Shown: one piece after another, positions 6,176 to 11,243 of the stretch
Layout of the letters: the number at the start of each line of letters is the position of its first letter
Position numbering within the stretch: position 1 is the first letter of the stretch
IMG/VR virus record: IMGVR_UViG_3300045988_173323
Direction: 5' to 3' (one strand)
Source of the DNA: a virus
Length of the DNA: 11,243 nt
Program-made: the position numbers and the translations under genes
Notes under the pieces: generated by a model
What the model saw: only the letters and a program-made list of their open reading frames with translations
Told to the model about the DNA's origin: nothing
Databases searched by the model: none

Positions 6176-6241
6176 GTAGGTCGGATCCGAGTCCTTTGAA
6201 CTCGGACCGCTGATTATATCACAGCCGCCGCGTTTTGTCAA
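6176..6241 (-). promoter_or_regulatory. Consensus promoter (TTGACA, 17 bp, TGaTATAAT) whose transcript starts directly with an AGCGG-plus-hairpin element.
   Basis: -35 is plus 6236-6241 and -10 is plus 6213-6218, with an exact 17-bp spacer. Downstream on the minus strand: cagcggtccgagttcaaaggactcggatccgacc (stem ccgagt/actcgg). It reads toward 5463..5858, about 350 nt away. Confidence 0.55.
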
Positions 6242-6293
6242 TAGGCAAATTATATAAATTTTTCATTATTTTTTTAGTAATATTGCACAAAAA

Positions 6294-6347
6294 GTCATTT
6301 TTACCAAAAATTTCATTAAAAATAGGATTTTTTTTGGTAAAAATGAC
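6294..6347. repeat. 17-bp inverted repeat with a 20-bp spacer.
   Basis: gtcatttttaccaaaaa (6294-6310) pairs with tttttggtaaaaatgac (6331-6347). Confidence 0.7.
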
Positions 6348-6365
6348 TAAAATAAATAAAAATGT

Positions 6366-6402
6366 ACAAAAAAATAGCCAAAAACCGCGTAATTTTTGGC
6401 TA
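6366..6402 (-). terminator. Rho-independent terminator downstream of 6524..6919.
   Basis: Stem tagccaaaaa (6375-6384) pairs with tttttggcta (6393-6402), loop ccgcgtaa. The plus-strand A-run 6367-6374 gives a T-run after the stem on the minus strand. Confidence 0.6.
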
Positions 6403-6460
6403 TTTTATATAGAATATAGAATTTTATTGAATTTTTATAAGAAATTTTAGTTATTTTGTA

Positions 6461-6497
6461 TAGAATAGTCAGAAATGTAAATTTTCTGACTATTCTA
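6461..6497 (-). terminator. 15-bp perfect hairpin immediately downstream of 6524..6919. Probable first terminator or RNA 3'-end structure.
   Basis: tagaatagtcagaaa (6461-6475) pairs with tttctgactattcta (6483-6497). The minus-strand downstream sequence is only moderately T-rich. Confidence 0.45.
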
Positions 6498-6523
6498 CGT
6501 AATTTTTAGTTACCTTGAACTGC

Positions 6524-6919
6524 TTACTCCTCTACAGCTTCCTCTTCCTCTTTTGCAAGAGAGAAATAAGGAACTCTTTTTTCAACTGTTCTAACTACCT
6601 CTCCAGATTCGATAAGCTGTTTAAGAAGAGCCGATAATTTCTGAGAAGAAAGTTTACTCATTTCAGAGTTTTCCTTAATCATGGTTGAAACTGTAACAGG
6701 TTTATCAAATAACTCCAAAGCTACAAGAATAAGTTTTTTGACTTCCTCATTTTCTTTCTGGTTTTTGGTTTTTTTACCGCTGGAAGATTTTTTATTCAAC
6801 AGCTCGATTTCATGTCTGAGAAAGTTAAGTGCTTCTTCTTTTGGTTCAAAGCTACTTTCTTCCAGAAAAGCACTGATAGTTTCAAACCAATCTTTTTTTG
6901 TCATTTTGTCTTTCATCAT
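6524..6919 (-). CDS. Small acidic-tailed protein with a conserved C-terminal winged-helix-like domain (family A, copy 1), about 131 aa.
   Basis: Start set at ATG 6919 (GAGGTaatgaatATG, 7-nt spacing). It is paralogous to 9103..9510, with a near-identical C-terminal half PVTVSTMIKENSEMSKLSSQKLSALLKQLIESGEVVRTVEKRVPYFSLAKEEEE. Confidence 0.8.
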   Translation of the reverse strand: MMKDKMTKKDWFETISAFLEESSFEPKEEALNFLRHEIELLNKKSSSGKKTKNQKENEEVKKLILVALELFDKPVTVSTMIKENSEMSKLSSQKLSALLKQLIESGEVVRTVEKRVPYFSLAKEEEEAVEE

Positions 6920-6952
6920 ATTCATTACCTCTTTCTTTCTTTTGATATATTT

Positions 6953-6981
6953 ATTATAGCATACTTTTTTGTTTTTGTCAA
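6953..6981 (-). promoter_or_regulatory. Consensus promoter (TTGACA, 17 bp, TATAAT) plus conserved leader. Part of a roughly 62-bp near-identical repeat copied at 7208-7270.
   Basis: -10 is plus 6953-6958 and -35 is plus 6976-6981. The leader aaatatatcaaaagaaagaaagaggta runs into the ATG. Confidence 0.65.
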
Positions 6982-7012
6982 TTACTTTTTTTATTTTTTT
7001 CTTTTCTGGTGC

Positions 7013-7201
7013 TTATCTAATGTAAGCACCAGCAATAGACTTAACAGAGCCATCAGCATTGAAAAAGATAACATTATTCTGGATAACGTTGATACCTTTA
7101 TTCTTTGCAAAATTTCTGAACACAAAGTCTGTATTCCAGAGTTTGATAAAATCAGCTTTTCTCATGCTTGCAAAACCTTTTGTGTAATTCATTGTTCTCA
7201 T
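7013..7201 (-). CDS. Hypothetical small protein (about 62 aa).
   Basis: Start ATG 7201 (GAGGTattgtctATG). The track's TTG start at 7207 is 6 nt upstream. It has its own consensus promoter. Confidence 0.65.
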   Translation of the reverse strand: MRTMNYTKGFASMRKADFIKLWNTDFVFRNFAKNKGINVIQNNVIFFNADGSVKSIAGAYIR

Positions 7202-7234
7202 AGACAATACCTCTTTCTTTCTTTTGATATATTT

Positions 7235-7263
7235 ATTATAGCATACTTTTTTGTTTTTGTCAA
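7235..7263 (-). promoter_or_regulatory. Consensus promoter (TTGACA, 17 bp, TATAAT). Second copy of the promoter-leader cassette.
   Basis: Sequence 7208-7270 is nearly identical to 6926-6988. -10 is plus 7235-7240 and -35 is plus 7258-7263. Confidence 0.65.
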
Positions 7264-7278
7264 TTACTTTTTTATTTT

Positions 7279-7482
7279 TTAATTTTTTCCAAGATACTCT
7301 TCAAGATGCTCGTTTAAGAAATTTATAGTTTCATCCAACCCGCAAATCTCACAAAAGTTTTTAAAAGCTTTTTCAAGTTCTTTTTTTCTAGTTGCTTTTA
7401 TTAATTTAATACAACTCTCATAATCTTCTTTTGTAATAACAAAAGGAACGCATCCATCTTTTTTCAATGTAAATTTTTCCAT
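7279..7482 (-). CDS. Hypothetical small protein (67 aa) with several Cys (C11, C24, C44, C47).
   Basis: RBS AGAGAGGcaaataaaaATG. It has its own promoter. Confidence 0.7.
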   Translation of the reverse strand: MEKFTLKKDGCVPFVITKEDYESCIKLIKATRKKELEKAFKNFCEICGLDETINFLNEHLEEYLGKN

Positions 7483-7514
7483 TTTTATTTGCCTCTCTTT
7501 CTTTTGATATATTT

Positions 7515-7543
7515 ATTGTATCACATCTTTTGACTGCTGTCAA
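7515..7543 (-). promoter_or_regulatory. Consensus promoter (TTGACA, 17 bp, TGaTACAAT).
   Basis: -10 is plus 7515-7520 (revcomp TACAAT) and -35 is plus 7538-7543. It shares the leader aaatatatcaaaagaaagagagg. Confidence 0.6.
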
Positions 7544-7549
7544 GCACTT

Positions 7550-7969
7550 TTATAAAATATTTTCAGCTTTTAAGTAATCTCTATAGGAAATATAGCCATT
7601 TTCCGCGAGCCACCTATCACAAGCGTTGGATTCTCTCCAATAATACTCCTCCCAGACTGGAAAAGTTATTATTATTTTATCACTTTCTTTTTTAAGAATA
7701 GTAATAATTGTATTAATACAATGTCCTTTACCCTCAAGCCATTCCTTGAAAGTAACCTTTTCTGCCGCTTCAAACGAAATTGTAAATGAGAAATTAAGCT
7801 CTTTTCCTTTTTCTGTGAGAAAATCAGTTAAATAATTTACAAACTCTTCTTCCTCATAGTTACTTTCGTCCAGCAGTGGAGTTTCTAAAAAATGCTCATT
7901 TGCTGGATTATAAAATCCATTTCTTTTGATGTCTTCAATTAACATTTTAACAACTTTTTCAATTTTCAT
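7550..7969 (-). CDS. Hypothetical protein (139 aa).
   Basis: RBS GAAGGAAtgggataaaATG. Ordinary composition. It has its own promoter. Confidence 0.75.
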   Translation of the reverse strand: MKIEKVVKMLIEDIKRNGFYNPANEHFLETPLLDESNYEEEEFVNYLTDFLTEKGKELNFSFTISFEAAEKVTFKEWLEGKGHCINTIITILKKESDKIIITFPVWEEYYWRESNACDRWLAENGYISYRDYLKAENIL

Positions 7970-8004
7970 TTTATCCCATTCCTTCTTTTGATTTTTGTAA
8001 TATC

Positions 8005-8033
8005 ATTATATCAAATTTAATTTGGTTTGTCAA
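8005..8033 (-). promoter_or_regulatory. Consensus promoter (TTGACA, 17 bp, TGaTATAAT).
   Basis: -10 is plus 8005-8010 and -35 is plus 8028-8033. Confidence 0.6.
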
Positions 8034-8140
8034 GTGTTTTTTATTTTTTTATAAGGTTTTCGCATAACACTTGACCAAAAGCATTTCCTTATTATTTTCT
8101 ATTGACATAATCTCAAATTGATTTGATTTTGTCAAGTCTT

Positions 8141-8464
8141 TTAAAAATAACTTCCTAAGCTTGTAATAAAAGTGCTTTCTACAATAAGTTTATTATTTAT
8201 ATAATAAGTAAAAGCAATAGAAGTTACATAAACAGCCAGACCTAAGAGTGAACTTTCAAAAGCACATTCCTGAGAGATATTAAATTTATAGTTTTTATGT
8301 TTAGGATTTTCTTTTAAGAAATTGAAAACAGTCTCGCCTAAACAATCGCCTTTATTATTCATTTCCATGTAATTATGTCTTTCAGAGTTCCAAAAACCGT
8401 GACTGTCTAAAAAATCATAAAGGTCTGCCATTGTCTCCTCAAACATTGTTAAATCGTTTGCCAT
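8141..8464 (-). CDS. Hypothetical small protein (107 aa), family B copy 1 (GFW-S motif).
   Basis: RBS GAAAGAGGTatttaatATG. N-terminal DLYDFLDSHGFWNSE aligns with NRLEDDLIKAGFWDSD of 9629..9922. Confidence 0.75.
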   Translation of the reverse strand: MANDLTMFEETMADLYDFLDSHGFWNSERHNYMEMNNKGDCLGETVFNFLKENPKHKNYKFNISQECAFESSLLGLAVYVTSIAFTYYINNKLIVESTFITSLGSYF

Positions 8465-8499
8465 ATTAAATACCTCTTTCTTATTTATTTTATGTATAC

Positions 8500-8528
8500 A
8501 TTATATCAAAAGAAAAAATAAAAGTCAA
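8500..8528 (-). promoter_or_regulatory. Consensus promoter (TTGACT, 17 bp, TGaTATAAT).
   Basis: -10 is plus 8500-8505 and -35 is plus 8523-8528. Confidence 0.6.
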
Positions 8529-8559
8529 TGGCATTTTGCACAAAGTATAATAAAATATT

Positions 8560-8760
8560 TTGTCTATTTTGACTATTGACAAGTTTAGCATTGTGCATAA
8601 CAGAGAAAATTGGCGAATTTTGATATAAATTTTTGTTCATTTTACCTATTGACAAAGAATTTTGTGCAAAACAGAGAATTTTGGGATAAAAAATTTTTTA
8701 TTTTTGTGCATTTTTTCTCTTGACAAAATTGTTAGCGTGTGATATAATGGATATTTCGGT
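8560..8760. repeat. Three tandem degenerate units of about 60-70 bp. Each has a TTGACA followed by a TTGTGCA(a/t)AACAGAGAA-type box. Only the last unit retains a consensus -10.
   Basis: ctaTTGACAagtttagcattgtgcataacagagaaaattgg; cctaTTGACAaagaattttgtgcaaaacagagaattttgg; ctcTTGACAaaattgttagcgtgtgaTATAATgg. Confidence 0.6.
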
Positions 8761-8813
8761 CGCCTTGATCCAAGGCGACCCGCTATTATATCACACTTTC
8801 GGGTGCTTGTCAA
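8720..8813. promoter_or_regulatory. Face-to-face (convergent) consensus promoters on opposite strands, flanking a nested palindrome.
   Basis: Plus: TTGACA 8720-8725, 17 bp, TATAAT 8743-8748. Minus: -35 at plus 8808-8813, -10 at plus 8785-8790, 17-bp spacer. Between them: gtgtgatataat..ggtcgcc-ttgatccaa-ggcgacc..attatatcacac. Confidence 0.6.
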
Positions 8814-9024
8814 TAGGCAAAATAAACAAAATTAAAAAATTTTTGAGCATTATCTTTGTTACATTTTCACAAAATTATAGACTGGAACTCTTTGTGCAAC
8901 AATACCAAAATTATAAAAATTTTTTAGCTATTTTTTGTAATTTATGTACATTGACTTTTTTGTTCTCTGGTATTTTTGAATAAAAAACATCCCTCCAGCA
9001 GCGGATTTTTTGTGCAAAAAGTAG

Positions 9025-9072
9025 AAAAAAAAATGCACAAAAAGGAGGACGGATTTTGTGCAATCCGCCCTC
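9025..9072 (-). terminator. Rho-independent terminator for 9103..9510.
   Basis: Stem gaggacggat (9045-9054) pairs with atccgccctc (9063-9072). It is perfect with one G-U wobble in minus-strand RNA. The minus-strand downstream is cuuuuugugcauuuuuuuuu. Confidence 0.6.
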
Positions 9073-9102
9073 TTGACAAGGTTTATAAGTTACTTTTTAG
9101 TT

Positions 9103-9510
9103 TTACTCTTCTTCCTCAACTTCTTCTTCTTTTGCAAGAGAAAAGTAAGGAACTCTTTTTTCAACTGTCCTGACCACTTTGCCTGCCTCAATCATTTTTT
9201 TCAACAGTGCAGATAACTTCTGAGAAGAAAGCTTACTCATTTCGGCGTTCTCTTTAATCATTGTAGTTACCGTGACAGGTTTACCAAACAGCTCTAAGGC
9301 AATTCCAATAAGTTCCATAAGCTCCTCATTTTCTTTAATGTGAGCTGTTTTCTTTTTGCCTGGTGCTGAAGATTTCTTATTTAACAGTTCAATCTCGTGA
9401 TTGATGAAGTCAAGTGTTTCTATTTTTTTGTCAAAGTTTTCGGTTTTTTCTACGATGCCAACCAGCAGTTTGAAAAAGTCTTTTTTTGTCATTTTTGTTG
9501 TGTTTGTCAT
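9103..9510 (-). CDS. Family A copy 2: small acidic-tailed protein with a winged-helix-like C-terminal domain (135 aa).
   Basis: RBS AAGAGGAatttaattATG. The C-terminal half is nearly identical to the 6524..6919 product. Tail EEEVEEEE. Confidence 0.8.
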   Translation of the reverse strand: MTNTTKMTKKDFFKLLVGIVEKTENFDKKIETLDFINHEIELLNKKSSAPGKKKTAHIKENEELMELIGIALELFGKPVTVTTMIKENAEMSKLSSQKLSALLKKMIEAGKVVRTVEKRVPYFSLAKEEEVEEEE

Positions 9511-9555
9511 AATTAAATTCCTCTTTTCTTTCTTTAAAAATTTTTTTGGTGGCTT

Positions 9556-9651
9556 GCGGTCGGTGGTCGATTTTGCCGACCAACCAAACCGCTGAAATTA
9601 TTTACTACTTTGTTACAATACTATTGTACTACTTCTTTTTACTTTTGTCAA
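9556..9651 (-). promoter_or_regulatory. Consensus promoter (TTGACA, 17 bp, TACAAT) with a structured 5' leader (CAGCGG plus hairpin) for 9103..9510.
   Basis: -35 is plus 9646-9651 and -10 is plus 9623-9628. Leader on the minus strand: attgtaacaa...cagcggtttggttggtcggcaaaatcgaccaccgaccgc. The promoter overlaps the 3' end of 9629..9922. Confidence 0.55.
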
Positions 9652-9922
9652 GCACTTTTTTTATTTTTTTTTGTTCCCACAAAACTACTTGAGTCATAGG
9701 CTTGTTATTTTCAATCCAAGCAAGGGAAAAAGCTACGATGTTAAAAGGATGCTCAAGAAATTCGATATAATCAATATCAAATTCAAAATCCCATTCTTTT
9801 TGATAAGATTCTAACAAGCTATTGATAGCGTTATAGCTATAAGTATAACTATAACTATCACTGTCCCAAAAACCTGCTTTTATTAAGTCATCTTCTAAAC
9901 GATTTAAAATTTTTTCTAACAT
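9629..9922 (-). CDS. Family B copy 2 (GFWDS motif), about 97 aa.
   Basis: Start at ATG 9922 (GAAGGTGAtaataATG). The track start 9937 lacks an SD. No separate promoter is seen, so it is probably co-transcribed with 10000..10374. Confidence 0.7.
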   Translation of the reverse strand: MLEKILNRLEDDLIKAGFWDSDSYSYTYSYNAINSLLESYQKEWDFEFDIDYIEFLEHPFNIVAFSLAWIENNKPMTQVVLWEQKKIKKVLDKSKKK

Positions 9923-9950
9923 TATTATCACCTTCATTCAATGTTATTTC

Positions 9951-9979
9951 CTTGCTACCGCTTAATAAGCGGTAGCAAG
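9951..9979. other. Perfect 13-bp-stem hairpin in the 10000/9922 intercistronic gap.
   Basis: cttgctaccgctt-aat-aagcggtagcaag. A T-run follows on the plus strand only, so a minus-strand terminator role is doubtful. Confidence 0.6.
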
Positions 9980-9999
9980 TTTATTAAATTATTTAGTTT

Positions 10000-10374
10000 C
10001 TATTTCTTTTTTGGCGGTCGATGCTTAATCAAAGAAATTGAATACTCGGACTCACCGATTTTGAAAGTAATTTCTTTTTGTGGATTTGCGATTGCTACAC
10101 TTTCAAAGTCCATTTCTTCATTTTCTTTTAAGTAGCTTGCTAAAATCTCAATAATTTTAACTTTTTCTGCATCAAGTTTGATTTCACGCTTTTTCGTGCT
10201 TTTTTTCTCTGGTGTACTCTGGACATAATTCTTAATGCCTTTAGCCTTAATCTCCATTTCTGCCATTTCAAGAGCTTCCTCTTTTGTTACGGGTTCTCCA
10301 TCCGCTTCAAATTCTTTCATAAGCTTAATAGCAAGCTTTTCGATTGCATCTGCGGTCACTGTTGTTTTAGCCAT
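10000..10374 (-). CDS. Hypothetical Lys/Glu-rich protein (124 aa).
   Basis: RBS aaaaAGGAtgtgatgtaacATG. It has its own consensus promoter. Confidence 0.75.
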   Translation of the reverse strand: MAKTTVTADAIEKLAIKLMKEFEADGEPVTKEEALEMAEMEIKAKGIKNYVQSTPEKKSTKKREIKLDAEKVKIIEILASYLKENEEMDFESVAIANPQKEITFKIGESEYSISLIKHRPPKKK

Positions 10375-10422
10375 GTTACATCACATCCTTTTTAAAATTT
10401 ACTATTAACTTGTTACAATGGT

Positions 10423-10451
10423 ATTATATCGCACCTTAGCTTAAAAGTCAA
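10423..10451 (-). promoter_or_regulatory. Consensus promoter (TTGACT, 17 bp, TATAAT). Part of a 52-bp exact repeat that also occurs at 11191-11243.
   Basis: -10 is plus 10423-10428 and -35 is plus 10446-10451. The -35 overlaps the TGA stop of the upstream gene. Leader contains ATTGTAACAA. Confidence 0.65.
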
Positions 10452-11158
10452 GCATTTTCGTGTAATTCTTTTCTTTTTTTCTGCGGCAGTCTCCAACATG
10501 ACGGCTTAATACTTCTATCCATTTTTTTATGCTGGTCAAAACATTTTTTCATAATTTCAATTTCAATTTTTACATCTTCTAAACCTGTATGAGATTCTAC
10601 AAAATCAATATTCTTTTTAATATATTTATAGCATACCTCAGCGTTAGTTAAAAGATTGCCTTTTTCAGACTCAAATCCGTTTTTCTCAGCAAATTTGATA
10701 TAGGTGTTTGTACTTAAAATCATCTGGCAAGCCATATTCCAAATACAAAAATATTCTGTGCCATAAGGGAAAAACCAGCGAATAAAACTTTTGCTATGGT
10801 ATCTAATAGCATTGTTTAATGCTTTTCTATCAAAATTCATATTGTAAGCACCAACTTTTTTCACATTATATTCTTTCATGTCTGCAAACATCTGTTTTCT
10901 AATATTGAAGATGCTTTTCATGGTTCTTTTTCCGCTTTTTAAATCATCCCAATATTTTGGGATTTTTTTAGCGTAGTAGGCACTATTCATAGCTTCTTTC
11001 AAGTCAATAAATGTCTCAGCGACTACAAAGCTTCTTTCGGTGACAATGTTACCGTGTCTATCTGCAATAGCATAACCAATATCATAAGGGATTGGCTCAT
11101 TTACACTATTCGCAGTTTCTGTATCCAATACCATGAAAAACTCTTTTCTTCTACTCAT
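10448..11158 (-). CDS. DEDDh-family 3'-5' exonuclease (DnaQ/RNase T-like), about 236 aa.
   Basis: Exo I MVLDTETA. Exo II YNMNFDRKAL. Exo III ESHTGLEDV. Start at ATG 11158 (GAGGAaatcaaaaATG); the track TTG start at 11173 is unlikely. Confidence 0.8.
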   Translation of the reverse strand: MSRRKEFFMVLDTETANSVNEPIPYDIGYAIADRHGNIVTERSFVVAETFIDLKEAMNSAYYAKKIPKYWDDLKSGKRTMKSIFNIRKQMFADMKEYNVKKVGAYNMNFDRKALNNAIRYHSKSFIRWFFPYGTEYFCIWNMACQMILSTNTYIKFAEKNGFESEKGNLLTNAEVCYKYIKKNIDFVESHTGLEDVKIEIEIMKKCFDQHKKMDRSIKPSCWRLPQKKRKELHENA

Positions 11159-11213
11159 TTTTGATTTCCTCAACTTTCATTTATTTTTTTTACTATTAAC
11201 TTGTTACAATGGT

Positions 11214-11242
11214 ATTATATCGCACCTTAGCTTAAAAGTCAA
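11214..11242 (-). promoter_or_regulatory. Consensus promoter (TTGACT, 17 bp, TATAAT) for the exonuclease gene. Second copy of the 52-bp repeat.
   Basis: Identical to 10400-10452. -10 is plus 11214-11219 and -35 is plus 11237-11242. Confidence 0.65.
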
Positions 11243-11243
11243 G

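Noticed and set aside
6100-6215. Possible tRNA or tRNA-like gene around the GGTCGGATCCGAGTCC hairpin.
   Set aside because: No acceptor-stem/D-arm/anticodon/T-arm cloverleaf can be drawn. The T-loop consensus GTTCGAATC is absent. The structure is better explained as a promoter-proximal leader hairpin.
6235-6450. 71-aa plus-strand ORF across the hairpin and terminator cluster.
   Set aside because: It runs through three strong inverted repeats and a terminator. The K/F/I-rich composition is an AT-rich artefact.
6681-7282. Plus-strand ORFs 6681..6959 and 6812..7282.
   Set aside because: They are antisense to genes 6524..6919 and 7013..7201. They run through the duplicated promoter cassettes. 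They have a hydrophobic F/L-rich composition typical of AT-rich antisense frames.
8720-9173. Plus-strand ORFs 8720..8983 and 8976..9173.
   Set aside because: The first starts inside the plus-strand -35 and runs through the convergent-promoter palindrome and TTTGTGCA boxes. The second crosses the terminator hairpin. Neither has an SD and both have poor composition. The region is better explained as regulatory or ncRNA.
9401-10135. Plus-strand ORFs 9401..9595 and 9941..10135.
   Set aside because: They are antisense to 9103..9510 and 10000..10374 respectively. They span promoter or leader hairpins. No RBS.

Overview
This 11.2-kb window has about 29% GC and reads like the early or accessory region of a phage or other mobile element from a Firmicutes-like host. 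I cannot confirm the organism or element type from sequence alone. Protein genes are short and densely packed; most lie on the minus strand. Nearly every one has its own near-consensus sigma-A-type promoter (TTGACA, 17-bp spacer, TATAAT, often TGn-extended). Several share a conserved leader, ATCAAAAGAAAGAAAGAGGTA, immediately before the ATG. I counted at least 13 such promoters, all with 17-bp spacers.

Genes with a recognisable product:
- Operon 2757..1089(-): a SprT/Wss1-like zinc metalloprotease (HELAH motif plus C-terminal Cys ribbon) followed by a classic-clade AAA+ ATPase (GDKGIGKS, ILFDEFD, VITCN, RPGRF). It is diverged from a TTG-started small HTH protein, with an 8-4-8 palindrome sitting between the back-to-back promoters.
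- A Cys-rich protein with a strongly acidic tail.
- A 205-aa HTH protein.
- A DEDDh 3'-5' exonuclease.
- A small 2-TM protein ending in DEDEDDFF.

Three pairs of diverged paralogous small genes are present: 1..255/648..944, 6524..6919/9103..9510 and 8141..8464/9629..9922.

Non-coding structure is unusually rich:
- A roughly 1.15-kb gene-free interval (4312..5462) holds a 38-bp direct repeat flanking a 66-bp hairpin element, a perfect 17-bp-stem palindrome, and a roughly 780-bp tract that is almost devoid of C on the + strand.
- Face-to-face consensus promoters are centred on a palindrome at 8720..8813 and are preceded by degenerate TTGACA repeat units.
- Three promoter-proximal hairpins share an AGCGG lead-in.
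- A recurring TTTGTGCA motif appears in the intergenic regions.
- There are several clear rho-independent terminators.

The ORF-track entries antisense to these genes, or spanning the low-complexity tract, are judged spurious.
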